DNA of 64,000 bases from assembly GCA_964016885.1 (NCBI GenBank), contig OZ024766.1, positions 3,844,001 through 3,908,000 of the forward strand, given 5' to 3'. Below are positions 1-14,232 of this stretch, piece after piece. Within the stretch, counting starts at the first letter, position 1. Every line of letters starts with the position of its first letter. This DNA is from Eledone cirrhosa. Taxonomy: Eukaryota. The notes under the pieces are model-generated. The model searched no databases. It was not told the origin of the DNA and was given only the letters and a program-made list of their open reading frames with translations. The translations under genes and the position numbers were made by a program.

Positions 1-300
1 GTGATGCTAGATGCTAGAGCTGTGAAATCTTGTATGATTTAATGTCAACCCTGTTCCTTTCCAGGGACTACGGTTGATACAAAAAAAAATAATAATAAAC
101 CCCCATTTGGTAATTCCATGAGAGTATCTTGGTCATAGGCTACGAACTTTCCAGCCAGCCGGCCCTCGGATATCGAGGCCAGGAGGGGGGGCGGGTCGGA
201 CGTGAAGGGGACGATATAAAAAAAAAAAAAAAAAGAAGAAGAAGAAGAAGAAGAAGAAGAAGAAGAAGAAGAAGAAGAAGAAGAAGAAGAAGGAACTCAC

Positions 301-640
301 CATCAAACAGATAGAGGTTGCGGAGTTCGCGCCTCCGCCGTTCCTCGGCCTCTCGGGCGCGATTCACCTCCACCGGGTCGCGTTTACGAAAGGCCCACAG
401 CAGGCGCCGCTGGTTCTGCGTGACGACCGGCTCGTCGCTGGCGGCCCGCGGCCGGCTGTTGGCGTGGCCCGCCGTGGGCCCGAACCCGGTGGTGCCGCCG
501 CCGCTACTGCCGCCGCCGCTACTACATCCAGCACCGCCCCCGTTGCCAGAGGCTCGCTGCTGTTGCTGTTGTTGTTGTTGTTGCTGTTGTTGTGTCTTTT
601 TCTTTGATTTTTGGTCAAATAACTCCAGTATAAACTCCAT
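301..640 (-). CDS. Probable first coding exon of an unidentified protein (polyQ and Gly-rich N-terminus); gene continues left of the window
   Basis: CpG-rich island in AT-rich DNA; ATG at 640; MEFILELFDQKSKKKTQ12...RPRAASDEPVVTQNQRRLLWAFRKRDPVEVNRAREAEERRRRELRNLYLFD ends at a strong donor G|gtgagt (300-295), phase 1. Confidence 0.7.
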
Positions 641-665
641 AACAAACAATGAAGGAAAGATAGAG

Positions 666-696
<31 letters not shown>

Positions 697-914
697 AAGG
701 GTAGAGAGGGAGGAACAGACAGAGAGAGAGACAGATAAAGGGTAGAGAGGGAGGAACAGACAGAGAGAGAGACAGATAAAGGGTAGAGAGGGAGGAACAG
801 ACAGAGAGAGAGACAGATAAAGGGTAGAGAGGGAGTAACAGAGAGAGAGAGAGAGAGACACGGGCAGATCTGTCGGGAGGGATTGTGGGACAGTGTGATC
901 GAGAGAGGAAGACG

Positions 915-1580
915 GCGGTGGTGGGGACTGGTTCTAGTGTCGTGGTGGTGGTGGTGGTGGTGACTGGGTCTGCTGTGGTGGTGGTGGTGGTGGTGGTGAC
1001 TGGGTCTGCTGTGGTGGTGGTGGTGGTGGTGGTGACTGGTTCTACTGTGGCGGTGATGGTGGTGACGGGGACTGGTTCTAGTGTGGTGGTGATGGTGGTG
1101 GTGACGGGGACTGGTTCTAGTGTGGTGGTGATGGTGGTGACGGGGACTGGTTCTAGTGTGGTGGTGGTGGTGACGGGGACTGGTTCTAGTGTGGTGGTGA
1201 TGGTGGTGGTGACGGGGACTGGTTCTAGTGTGGTGGTGGTGGTGGTGACTGGTTCTACTGTGGTGGTGGTGGTGGTGGTGGTGACTGGGTCTGCTGTGGT
1301 GGTGGTGGTGGTGACTGGGTCTACAGTCGTGGTGGTGGTGGTGGTGGTGACTGGGTCTACAGTCGTGGTGGTGGTGGTGGTGGTGACTGGGTCTAAAGTA
1401 GTGATGGTGGTGGGGACGGCGTCTACAGTGGTGGTGGTGGCGGGGACTGGTTCTAAAGTAGTGATGGTGGTGGGGACGGCGTCTACAGCGGTGGTGGTGG
1501 TGGTGGCTCGGTCTACAGTGGTGGTGGGGACGGCGTCTACAGTGGTGGTGGGGATGGTGATGGTGTGGGGGTGGTGGTGA
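915..1580. repeat. Compound (GTG)n minisatellite with actggttctagt-type spacers
   Basis: Direct inspection. Similar low-complexity blocks at 660-860, 2780-3230, 6310-7120, 27080-27750, 33830-34460, 43200-43700, 43770-44535 and 46540-47140, plus many (TA)n/(CA)n tracts. Confidence 0.9.
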
Positions 1581-1815
1581 CGGGCACTGGATGTTGAGTG
1601 GAAGGAGGGAAGGAGGCATACAGAGATAATAAGAAATGGGATGGGGTTCTATGACGCTGGTGGTGGCGGTGGTGGCGGCGGTTGGCGGGGGGGGGGGGGG
1701 GGCAATTGCCGGGGATGGGACAGAGAGAGAGATGGAAATAGTGATAAAGAAATAGTTAGAGAGGGGGAGGAAAGTTACACAAATATATATATAGAGAGAG
1801 AGAGAGACATAGAGA

Positions 1816-1863
<48 letters not shown>

Positions 1864-1888
1864 CACATATATATATATAGAGAGAGAC

Positions 1889-1919
<31 letters not shown>

Positions 1920-2075
1920 TATATATATATAGAGAGAGAGGAGAGAGAGAGAGGAGAGAGAGAGACATATATATATATATAGAGAGACATATATATATAT
2001 ATAGAGAGAGAGAGAGATATATATATATAGAGAGAGAGGAGAGAGAGAGACATATATATATATATATATATATAA

Positions 2076-2108
<33 letters not shown>

Positions 2109-2747
2109 TATATATAAAGAGAGAGAGAGACATATATATATATATATAAAGAGAGGGGGAGAGAGAGAGAGTTTAAAAGTAAAGGCGAGAACTTGTGATG
2201 GAATGGAACAGAGAAAAAAAGACACACATGGACCAGAAATAGCCGCCGAAACGGCTTGAGCTCTGCCGACGGGGTCATACTTTCTCCTATTACCCACTCT
2301 ACTACCCTAAGTATTGAGTACTTTGGTGCGTTATGGTCCACCTGGTTCCTTACCACATTTCCTTCGTTATATATATATGCAGACCCATCGAAACCGGTCA
2401 TTTTTTATACCCTTTATTATTTCCTTACCTTATAAAATTATGTTTTTTCACAAAAAAGTATTGTGTCTCTTATATATTCCATGTGCCATTACCAACCTCA
2501 ATTTTCTCTCTCTCTCTCTATATATATATATATAGGGTGTCCCCCCAAAAAATGTATATATAGTTTTAATACAATGCTGTTGAAGTGTGTATAGATTTTT
2601 TTGGGGGACATCCTATATGGAGAGAGAGAGAGAGACGGGGTATAAAGACAGAGGGGGGGTATAGACCCCTCTCTCTGTATATATATATAGAGAAAGAGAG
2701 ACGGACGGGGTATAAAGACAGAGGGGGGGTATAGACCTCTCTCTCTC

Positions 2748-2786
<39 letters not shown>

Positions 2787-3561
2787 GCTATAAGAAGTGA
2801 GAGAGAGAGAGGCTATAAGAAGTGAGAGAGAGAGAGAGAGAGGCTATAAGAAGTGAGAGAGAGAGAGAGAGGCTATAAGAAGTGAGAGAGAGAGAGGCTA
2901 TAAGAAGTGAGAGAGAGAGAGAGTGGCTATAAGAAGTGAGAGAGAGGCTATAAGAAGTGAGAGAGAGAGAGAGGCTATAAGAAGTGAGAGAGAGAGAGGG
3001 AGGCTATAAGTGAGAGAGAGAGAGGCTATAAGAAGTGAGAGAGAGAGAGAGAGGCTATAAGAAGTAAGAGAGAGAGGAGAGAGGCTATAACAAGTGAGAG
3101 AGAGGTTATAACAAGTGAGAGAGAGAGAGAGACTATAACAAGTGAGAGAGAGAGGCTATAACAAGTGAGAGAGAGAGGTTATAACAAGTGAGAGAGAGAG
3201 AGGCTATAAGGAGAGAGAGAGAGAGAGAGACAAAGAGAAAAAAAGTGTTTTTTTAAGAAAAAAACACACTTTTAAATGAGTGGAAGAGGAGAAGGCGGAG
3301 GCAAAACTTGCAGAGTTACAGAGGAGGGGGGAGGGGGGTATAGAGGAAGATAGAGAGAGAGAGGTATTAGTTAGACATATATATATATAGCGAGAGAGTG
3401 TAATAGTTATATATATACATTATGATGATGATGATGATACAAGGACGAATAATTATATATATACACACCAGCCGAAATACGATTCTCGCTGAGTGTATAT
3501 ATATATATATATATATATACAATATATTAACAAATGGAAACTATATTTATAAAACCATATT

Positions 3562-3626
3562 TATTTCATTATACACATTTCAAGGACACCAAAACAAAAT
3601 ATGGTGCGCTTTCATCAGATAAAATA
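3562..3626 (-). ncRNA. Type I hammerhead ribozyme motif, same family as 14456-14520
   Basis: Minus strand tattttatCTGATGAaagcgcacca...tggtgtccttGAAAtgtgtata-atgaaata. Confidence 0.65.
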
Positions 3627-3992
3627 TAATATAGATCAGTTTTATAAACAAATATTGACATACCCTTAAAGAATGCGACCATGTCTGTTGGAAGCTTCTG
3701 GAGTATATGGTTTTATAAATATAGTTTCCATTTGTTAATATATCGTAAGTTTACTCCAAAAGTATGTTGAGTGCTTTATATCAGTTATAAAAATATTTGC
3801 TTATTGTATCCCAACAATTTAAATAGAACTTCTACATATATATATATATATATGTAGGAGGTGAGTTTTATTGTAGTACAATAAAGCAATGCAAATATCA
3901 GATAAGTAGCACTCTACAGTTTGTAGGACTGGAGTATTGATTTAAAACTTCACTATTCACAAGTGTTTTTTAGCCTTGATATCATGTCTCCC

Positions 3993-4063
3993 TATTTTAT
4001 CTGACGAAAACGCAAATGTCATCCCATGATGATATTTGTTTTTGAAATGCGCATAATAAAATA
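3993..4063 (+). ncRNA. Type I hammerhead ribozyme motif (minimal, Penelope-like)
   Basis: Stem I UAUUUUAU/AUAAAAUA; core CUGACGA; long stem II GCAAAUGUCAUC-ccau-GAUGAUAUUUGU; GAAA; palindromic stem III UGCGCA; triplet AUA (cut after 4055). Confidence 0.8.
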
Positions 4064-4093
4064 CATGGAACTCTTTTAACCATCTTTTGATCT

Positions 4094-4133
<40 letters not shown>

Positions 4134-4627
4134 TAATAAAATAATGAATAAACAAAGAATAAATAATGAATAAATAATGAATAAACAAAGAAACAGTTCC
4201 TTATATTAAAAATCTACATATATATATATATATTAATTTTGCGAGGTTTTTGATATGAAATCGTGTGTCGAAACAAATATTGTTATACTTGGGGAGGGTC
4301 ATATTGCCAGAATTAATAACAGAAATAATAAATAAATAAACGATAAAAAAATAAAGATGGCGTAGGCATACAATACAACGGGAGGAAACATAATAGCACC
4401 ACTGACGATGTTGCAGATGTGCAACGAAAGAACTTTGTTAGACTATATATATATATGTGTTTGTGTCTATATTGTATCTGTATTTTTGACCGAATAAATT
4501 AAATTAACTGATATAAAAGACACAGAAGCGAAAACCAACCAAACAGTGAGTGTGTGCTGTTATTAATTCTGGCAATATTATTACAACAATACGTCCTCAT
4601 CAGATAAAATAAAATGATACATGACAA

Positions 4628-4706
<79 letters not shown>

Positions 4707-5255
4707 AATGGAATATTTACTCCAGTAATTGAATATTTTTACTACATTTATTGAATATATACTCCAGTAAAACTGTTGAGTGCTCTAAATCAGTTATAAA
4801 CATTTATATTTGTCGGACTTCCAACAAATTAAATACCCCCTTCTACTTATATATATATATATGTGTGTATATATATATATATAAAGAGAGAGAGAAAGAG
4901 GAGGTTATGTTTATGAGGGAGGGGAAGAAAAAATAGAGGGGGAGAGGGCGAAAAAGTTTGAAAAACTTTCTTTAACGTCTTTACTATAAGATTGAGCTTG
5001 CAGAGCCCACATGGGGTATCAATATATACACACATTATATATACATATATATATATATATTTAGGAAAATGTATGACCCCGACGGCAGAGCTCAAGCCGT
5101 TTCCACGGCTATTTTAGTCCAGAAATAGCCGTCGAAACGGCTCGAGCTCTGCCGTCGGGGTCATACTTTCTCCTATTACCCACTCTACTACTCTAAGTAT
5201 TGAGTACTCTGGTGCATTATGGTCTACCTGGTTCTTTCGTTATATATATATATAC

Positions 5256-5383
<128 letters not shown>

Positions 5384-5818
5384 ATATATATATATATGTA
5401 TATATATATGTGTTTCTGTGTCATACGTTCTTAGTCACATATACACATGTGTGTATATGTTTATACACGTGTGTGACTATATATATATAGAGAGAGAGAG
5501 GGGGGTAGATAGATGCACGTGGGAGCCTGACTATGTATAAATATATATGAATATGTGTGTGTGTGTGTATATATGTGTGTGTATATATATGTGTGTATAT
5601 ATATGTGTGTATATATGTGTGTATATGTGTGTATGTATGTATATATATATGTGTATGTATATGTGTGTGTATGTATATATATGTGTGTATATATGTGTGT
5701 GTATGTGTATATATATGTGTGTGTATGTATATATATATGTATGTACACGTATAGGTCTCATCACGTATATATATATATATATATATGTGCATATATACAT
5801 ATATATACATATATATAC

Positions 5819-5851
<33 letters not shown>

Positions 5852-7210
5852 CACACACGTGTGTGTATATATATATATATATACACACACAGGGTGTCCC
5901 CCCCCAAAAAAAAAAACCCCGTCTACACACTATTAAGAGAATGCTGTTAATATGAGTATATATGTGTGGTGTATATATACACCCTATGTGTGTATATATA
6001 TATATATACACCTACATACATACATACATACACTATATATAAATATATATATATATATAGTGTGTATATGATACATCCGCCTCTCCTACCCCCCCCCCCC
6101 CCCCTCCTCCTCCCTCATCTATCTTCCGTTATATGTCTGTCTCTCACTCACACTCACACTCACTGTCTCTCACTCTCACTCACACTCACTGTCTCCCCCC
6201 TCACACACTCACACTCACTGTCTCTCCCCCCCCCTCAGGCAGTCAGTTTCTTTTCAAAATACACTATTTTCTTTTTTTTACGGTACTGCTCCACCCCCTC
6301 TCCTCCCTGTACCACCACCATCCCCACCACCACCACCACCACTACAACTACACCGCCGCCACCACCACTACCACCATCACGGCTATAACTTACCAAACCA
6401 CCATACCACCACCACCACCACCACCACCACCACTACTACATCAACATCACCACTACTACATCACCGCCATCACCATCACACCATCACCACAGCTATAACT
6501 TACCAAACCACCACCACCACCACCACTACTACCACTACCACTACACCACCACAACCACCACCAACACCATCATTACTACACCACCGACCGCCATCACACC
6601 ATCACTACTACACCACCATCACCACACTACACAACCACCACCAACACACTACACCACCACCATCACCACACATCCACCACCATCACGCCATCACACCACA
6701 CAACCACCACATCATCACTACTACACCACCACCACCAACACCACCATCACACCATCACCACTACACCACCACCACCATCACCACTACACCACCACCATCA
6801 CATCATCACACCACCACCACTACGACACCACCACCACCATCACACCATCACTACAACACCACCACCACTACCACACCATCATCACACCACCACCACTACG
6901 ACACCACCACCACCATCACACCATCACTACTACACCACCACCACTACCACACCACCACCACCATCACACCATCACTACTACACCACCACCACAACCACCA
7001 CATCATCACACCACCACCACCACTACACCACCACCACTACCACCACTACTACACCACCACCACCACCACTACACCACCACCACTACCACCACCACTACAC
7101 CACCACCACACCACCGCCACCACCCTGACACCAATGGTTTGGTGACCCAATACAAATTTCGGTGGGCTGGCCTGCTTCGGTTTTTTTTACGCTGCAATTC
7201 ACTCACATTC

Positions 7211-7303
<93 letters not shown>

Positions 7304-7331
7304 TACATACATACATACATACATACATACA

Positions 7332-7363
<32 letters not shown>

Positions 7364-7526
7364 CATTATCTCAGACTCACACACACATATATATATACAT
7401 TATCACACACACACACACATACATATATATATACATATATACATTATCTCACACACACACACACATACATACATACACACATATATACATACATACATAC
7501 ATTATCTCACACACACACACACACAC

Positions 7527-7557
<31 letters not shown>

Positions 7558-7575
7558 TATACATTATCTCAGACT

Positions 7576-7607
<32 letters not shown>

Positions 7608-7729
7608 CATTATCACACACACACACACATACATATATATATACATATATACATTATCTCACACACACACACATACATACATACACACATATATACATAT
7701 ATAAATATATATATACATTATCTCAGACT

Positions 7730-7761
<32 letters not shown>

Positions 7762-7898
7762 CACGTACACACCATCACCTAATTTTGTATTGAAAGCCTG
7801 TCTCACTATCTCATACACACAAACACACACGTGTGTGTGTTTGTGTGTATATATATATTTCTGCCTTACTATATATATCTATCTATCCATCTCTCTCA

Positions 7899-7931
<33 letters not shown>

Positions 7932-7959
7932 AAGAGAGAGAGAGAGAGATATAGGTAGA

Positions 7960-9108
7960 TATATTTCTTTATCTGCCACAAGGGCGCACAAGAAAAGGGG
8001 ACAATACAAAGACATGCCGGCGATTTTACATACAGTCGTGTAAAAATATTATTAAAACAAACAAATATAACAGTCGAAATCCCCAAAAGGGGGGAGGTGC
8101 CACAAATGGGTTGTTTAATACCCCGTAGATAGAACCCTCAACTCCAGGAGCGTGTTGTGCAAGTGCTCCTTTCTTCCTTTTGCTCTCTTCTTCAACCTAC
8201 AGGTTTATATACAGAGAAGGCCCAATCACTCGGGCCATTCTCTCCACATTCACCCACCTTTCAGTAAACTTACTGGGGTGCAGTGCCTCTCTCTCCACCC
8301 TGATTCTCCTTCTAAAGTGGTACCTAAAGAAGGGAGTGAGTTGTTGTCCGGAGAGAAAGGCATCTGTCCTCAGTCCTCTCAACCTCGTCCACCATATAAC
8401 ACCTTTCAGTAAATTTACTGGGGTGCAGTGCCTCTCTCTCCACCCTGATTCTCCTTCTAAAGTGGTACCTAAAGAAGGGAGTGAGTTGTTGTCCGGAGAG
8501 AAAGGCATCTGTCCTCAGTCCTCTCAACCTCGTCCACCATATAACACCTGTCAGTAAATTTACTGGGGTGCAGTGCCTCTCTCTCCACCCTGATTCTCCT
8601 TCTAAAGTGGTACCTAAAGAAGGGAATGAGTTGTTGTCCGGAGAGAAAGGCATCTGTCCTCAGTCCTCTCAACCTCGTCCACCATATAACACCTTTCAGT
8701 AAATTAACTGGGGTGCAGTGCCTCACTCTCCACTCTGATTCTCCTTCTAAAGTGGTACCTAAAGAAGGGAATGAGTTGTTGTCCGGAGAGAAAGGCATCT
8801 GTCCTCAGTCCTCTCAATCCCGTCCACCATATAACACCTTTCAGTAAATTTACTGGGGTGCAGTGCCTCTCTCTCCACTCTGATTCTCCTTCTAAAGTGA
8901 TACCTTAAGAAGGGAATGAGTTGTTGTCCGGAGAGAAAGGCATCTGTCCTCAGTCCTCTCAACCTCGTCCACCATATAACACCTTTCAGTAAACTTACTG
9001 GGGTGCAGTGCCTCTCTCTCCACTCTGATTCTCCTTCTAAAGTAGCACCTAAAGAAGGGAATGAGTTGTTGTCCGGAGAGAAAGGCATCTGTCCTCAGTC
9101 CTCTCAAG
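7960..9108 (-). mobile_element. 3' end of L1/Tx1-like LINE with internal 145-bp tandem array (~6 copies, 8256-9108)
   Basis: VIWWTRLRG...FFRYHFRRRIRVEREALHPSKFTERW resembles Tx1 ORF2 C-termini; the putative 3'UTR recurs at ~9170-9230. Confidence 0.55.
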
Positions 9109-9595
9109 ATAGATAGGTAGGTAGACAGAAAGATATATATATATAGATAGATAGACAAATAGATAGATATGTTTCTTTATTAGCCACAGGGGCACAAAAG
9201 AAGGGGACAAATACAAAGGGGCAAGTTTACATAGGTAAATAGTTAGATAGATAGACAGACACAGACAGACAGATATGGCCCGGTGGGGGCGGGCATCTAT
9301 TTAGCCCTTAACGCAAATAGGTTATCACAAATTATCATCATCACCACCACCATCATCATTTAACATCTATTTTTCCAAGCTCGCAAAGTTTAGACAGGGT
9401 GACACAAGTCAGGTCTAGGAAACCACCTCTTGCTCATAAAGATCTCTATTTTGGCTGGATGCCCGTCCTAATAGCAACAACCACCTTACAGTGTAGACTG
9501 GATGCTTTATATCACACCCCTGCTAACCTCTAAAAAACCCAAACGGTAAGTACCATGAAAAAAAAAATGCCCCAAAAACTGGGCAGATTTTAGAT

Positions 9596-9850
9596 TGTAG
9601 TAAGACGCCTCACGCCTCTTGATAGAACAACGCTGGTTGAGAACGCGAGAAAGAAAAAACAGACAGCCACTGGAAAGCCGACTGATCACACGCCAGAAAC
9701 CAGCCTCTGTACCACACCATTGTTTGTGCTACATGAAAAATAAACATATATTTCATCTCTAATTTCTGCTGTATTTGCCTGTTGAACGAACGCCTGTTCC
9801 TGAACCACCATCATCGCCTGTCCCTACGCCACCACCATCGCTACGTTACA
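9596..9850 (+). mobile_element. Solo LTR; truncated second copy at 10150-10325 preceded by a purine-rich tract
   Basis: TGT...ACA termini, internal AATAAA, ~175 bp near-identical direct repeat; ggcaggaggtac immediately before the second copy. Confidence 0.6.
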
Positions 9851-11065
9851 AGACCACGACCCGTTCAGGTCGTAGGGTCCACTGGCCCAAACAATTTTGC
9901 AGCACCGTCTATATTTAGACTATGTTAGCTGCACCTTTTTTTTGCCTCTGTGTTTCTGCTTTTTCTTTGCCTTGTTTTTTTATGCATGCATGTGGTTTTT
10001 TTGGTTTTTTTTAACATTTTTCAAATCCTTATTCTGGATTCAATTTTTGGTAGAGTGAATAGCTCCCTCGTGTTGCATTGTTCGCCATCTTACTCCACAT
10101 GTGAGTAATGACATCGATTTTCGATAATTTGAAATTTGGCAGGAGGTACTGTAGTAAGACGCCTCACGCCTCTTGATAGAACAACGCTGGTTGAGAACGC
10201 GAGAAAGAAAAAACAGACAGCCACTGGAAAGCCGACTGATCACACGCCAGAAACCAGCCTCTGTACCACTCCATTGTTTGTGCTACATGAAAAATAAACA
10301 TATATTTCATCTCTAATTTCTGCTGTTGAAATCATTATTATGTCACTCGTGTCTCAATAACATCTAACCCTAACCCTGCTAAAAGATAATGAAAGCTACT
10401 ACACCCAATATTTTACAAGAGAAGACATCTCACCCCACCCGTCAGACTCAGTCGGGAAGACTTCACAGGTCTGTTATCATGACCCCCCCACCAGGTGCAC
10501 AAGAGAAGTTGTCATATCCTTGACATGGCTGAGGTGTCTTCCCAACTCTTTTGTCTGGCAAGCTTTCTATGGCTGGATGCCCTTCCTATCACCAAACACT
10601 TTACAGCATGTCCATTAACTCTTTCTCTCTACTGACCTCTTCCTCGCACTCCCACTCACTCAGTCCCTGTTTCTCCCCTTTTTTCTTCCTCCCGTTCGCT
10701 GGGAAAACTGTTTTCATTCTTTCTAACACCGGATTCACTAGCGAAAGGTCTGTTGCTGACTCGCTCATATATTCACACAGCTTATGCTGAAAGAATAACT
10801 ATGTTGCTTGTGTTTATTTCCATCTTCGGTTAGCTTCCCCCTGTGTTGTTTACTTGTCTCACTCGCTTTACGCGTTTCTATTGTCCTAATAACTTATTTT
10901 AGTTATTATCGCTCCAACGTGAGGTATATGATTTTTAATGCGATGAAATACCCATGATCGTTTGGTAAATCACTGATGAGGGACTCATTTTATAACATGT
11001 TATCCATGTGCAACCAGCAGTATTCTTCTCACCCATATTTTTCATATATATATATATATATATAT

Positions 11066-11785
11066 ACTGTAAAGTGGTCGTGTAGGTGTCACAACAAAAA
11101 GTACCCAGTCCACACTGTAAAGTGGTCGTGTAGGTGTCACAACAAAAAGTGCCCAGTCCACACTGTAAAGTGGTCATGTAGGTGTCACAACAAAAAGCAC
11201 CCAGCCCACACTGTAAAGTGGTCATGTAGGTGTCACAACAAAAAGCACCCAGTCCACACTGTAAAGTGGTCATGTAGGTGTCACAACAAAAAGCACCCAG
11301 CCCACACTGTAAAGTGGTCATGTAGGTGCCATGACAAGAAGTACCCAGCCCACACTGTAAAGTGGTCATGTAGGTGTCACAACAAAAAGCACCCAGTCCA
11401 CACTGTAAAGTGGTCGTGTAGGTGACACAACAAAAAGCACCCAGTCCACACTGTAAAGTGGTCGTGTAGGTGACACAACAAAAAGCATCCAGTCCACACT
11501 GTAAAGTGGTCATGTAGGTGTCACAACAAAAAGCACCCAGCAAACACTGTAAAGTGGTCATGTAGGTGTCACGACAGAAAACACCCAGCAAACACTGTAA
11601 AGTGGTCATGTAGGTGTCACGACAGAAAACACCCAGTCCACATTGTAAAGTGGTTGGTGTTAGGAAGGGCTTCCAGCTGTAGAAACCAAGCTAGAAACAG
11701 TTCTGTATAAGCAAGTCATTGCCATCAGACTTGGTTTGTCTCACAATGGGGCAACTTGTCTAACCCATGCTAGTGTGGAAAAATG
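11066..11785. repeat. 49-bp array (~12 units) embedded in its parent interspersed repeat; related arrays at ~37260-37460 and ~44930-45550
   Basis: The array runs directly into gtaaagtggttggtgttaggaagggc(a/t)tccagctgtagaa, the SINE-like element found many times in the window. Confidence 0.9.
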
Positions 11786-11789
11786 AACA

Positions 11790-12161
11790 TTAACCCTTTA
11801 GTCTTTACATTACTCTATATATACTATTGTATTTTCACAGTAAAGGCTTTACCTCACATAATATCTCACATAACATTTACATTACTCTATATATACTATT
11901 GTATTTTCACAGTAAAGGCTTTACCTCACATAATATCTCACATAACATTTACATTACTCTATATATACTATTGTATTTTCACAGTAAAGGCTTTACCTTA
12001 CATAATATCTCACATAATATCGAATCTATGAGATTTTGATATTATTTATTTTGATAACAATACCTTAACATCAGTATGAGCGGCCGATTACAGCCGGTTT
12101 GCACAGAAAGTGGTGAGACAATTCTGGCCAAATACAGCCAGGTTTAAATGCTAAAGAGTCA
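11790..12161 (+). mobile_element. piggyBac-type MITE with 60-bp array (3-4 units)
   Basis: ttaaccctttagtcttta ... tttaaatgctaaagagtca; same body as the other two copies. Confidence 0.8.
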
Positions 12162-12476
12162 CGACGATGATGATATATATATGTAACAAACATACACTCA
12201 ATGACATGGATATGTAAACAACTATATATATATATACACCCACACTGTATAAATCAGGTGACAAAGACAGAAATATATATCAACATAATATATACAATAT
12301 ACACACCCATTTACACATATATATATATATATATATATCATAATTTTTTTCATCATTTCATTTTACGTCCCACTTTCTCCCTGCTTGCAAGGGTGGGACG
12401 GGAACTGATTCTGGCTTGATTTCTACAGCTGGATGCCCTTCCTAACACCAACCTCATTTACAGTGAGTGCTGGGTG

Positions 12477-12509
<33 letters not shown>

Positions 12510-12551
12510 CATATATACATATATATATATACATATATATACATACATATA

Positions 12552-12641
<90 letters not shown>

Positions 12642-12644
12642 CAT

Positions 12645-12691
12645 ATTCCTGATGATTTCTAAAGAATGAAACAGTTCTAGTCCTGTAGAAT
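12645..12691 (+). ncRNA. Type I hammerhead ribozyme motif (second family)
   Basis: AUUC-CUGAUGA-uUUC(uaaa)GAAu-GAAA-CAG(uucuaguc)CUG-UA-GAAU; triplet GUA; U.U at the base of stem II is non-canonical. Confidence 0.65.
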
Positions 12692-12780
12692 CTCATCTAT
12701 ATTAAAACTTTTATACTCTGCTATGTATTGAGTACCTTACTTACTGTGGTTACCTCCGATTCAACCCGGAATAACGTATG

Positions 12781-12906
<126 letters not shown>

Positions 12907-12925
12907 CATATACATACATATATAC

Positions 12926-12960
<35 letters not shown>

Positions 12961-13062
12961 CATACATATATACATATACATATATATACATACATATATA
13001 CATATATATATACATATATACATATATATATATATACATACATATATACATATATATATATA

Positions 13063-13098
<36 letters not shown>

Positions 13099-13155
13099 TA
13101 CATACATATATACATATATATACATACATATACATACATACATATATACATATAT

Positions 13156-13194
<39 letters not shown>

Positions 13195-13279
13195 CATATA
13201 TACATATACATACATATATACATACACACATATATATATTCACATATACACACATATATATACATATATATATTTATAT

Positions 13280-13369
<90 letters not shown>

Positions 13370-13882
13370 ATGTGAGTATATATACTCACATACACACACA
13401 CACATATATATATATTAATTATATTATGAAAATAAAACAGCGAAGTTATTTTTAGTTCCGTCCATGACCAAAATCCCTAAATCCTGATGAAATCAACCCA
13501 GCATTTCATCTTATTAGTCATTAAGAAGGCTGGTTTAACGAGTATTTCTGATGTCTAGGGAGATAACGAGGCCCCCCCCCCCCCCTACAATTTAATGACT
13601 GACTAAAAAAACAACGAAGAAGAGACGAGGAAATGCCGATAAGCTTACTGAAGTGTGTATATATTATATACACATATTAATATATATATTATATATATAT
13701 ATATATATATTAGTATATATATATCTAACTCTCTATATATATCTAACTATATATAACTAACTATATATATATATATATATAACTATATATATATAACTAT
13801 ATATATATATAACTATATATATATATAACTATATATATATAACTATATATATAACTATATATATATATATAACTATATATAA

Positions 13883-13929
<47 letters not shown>

Positions 13930-14188
13930 CGATATATTAACAAATGGAAACTATATTTATAAAACCATATTTATTTCATTATATAACTATATATATATAT
14001 ATATATAACTATATATATATATATTAGTATATATATATATAACTATATATATATAACTATATATATATATATATATATATAACTATATATATATATAACT
14101 ATATATATATATAACTATATATATATTTAACTATATATATAACTATATATATATATATAACTATATATATATATATAACTATATATAA

Positions 14189-14231
<43 letters not shown>

Positions 14232-14232
<1 letters not shown>

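Noticed and set aside
140-300. Poly-Leu or poly-Arg extension of the first ORF
   Set aside because: Intronic (GAA)n microsatellite downstream of the gtgagt donor.
615-2297. 560-aa His-rich ORF and opposite-strand 231-aa Val/Thr-rich ORF
   Set aside because: Products of (GTG)n, (GA)n and (TA)n repeats with no domain signal.
4400-4445. Additional hammerhead-like motif CUGACGA-uGUUGCA(gaug)UGCAAC-GAAA
   Set aside because: Stem II is good but stems I and III cannot be paired convincingly; at best a decayed copy.
10362-10378. Telomere-like ctaaccctaaccct
   Set aside because: Only about two units; not distinguishable from chance.
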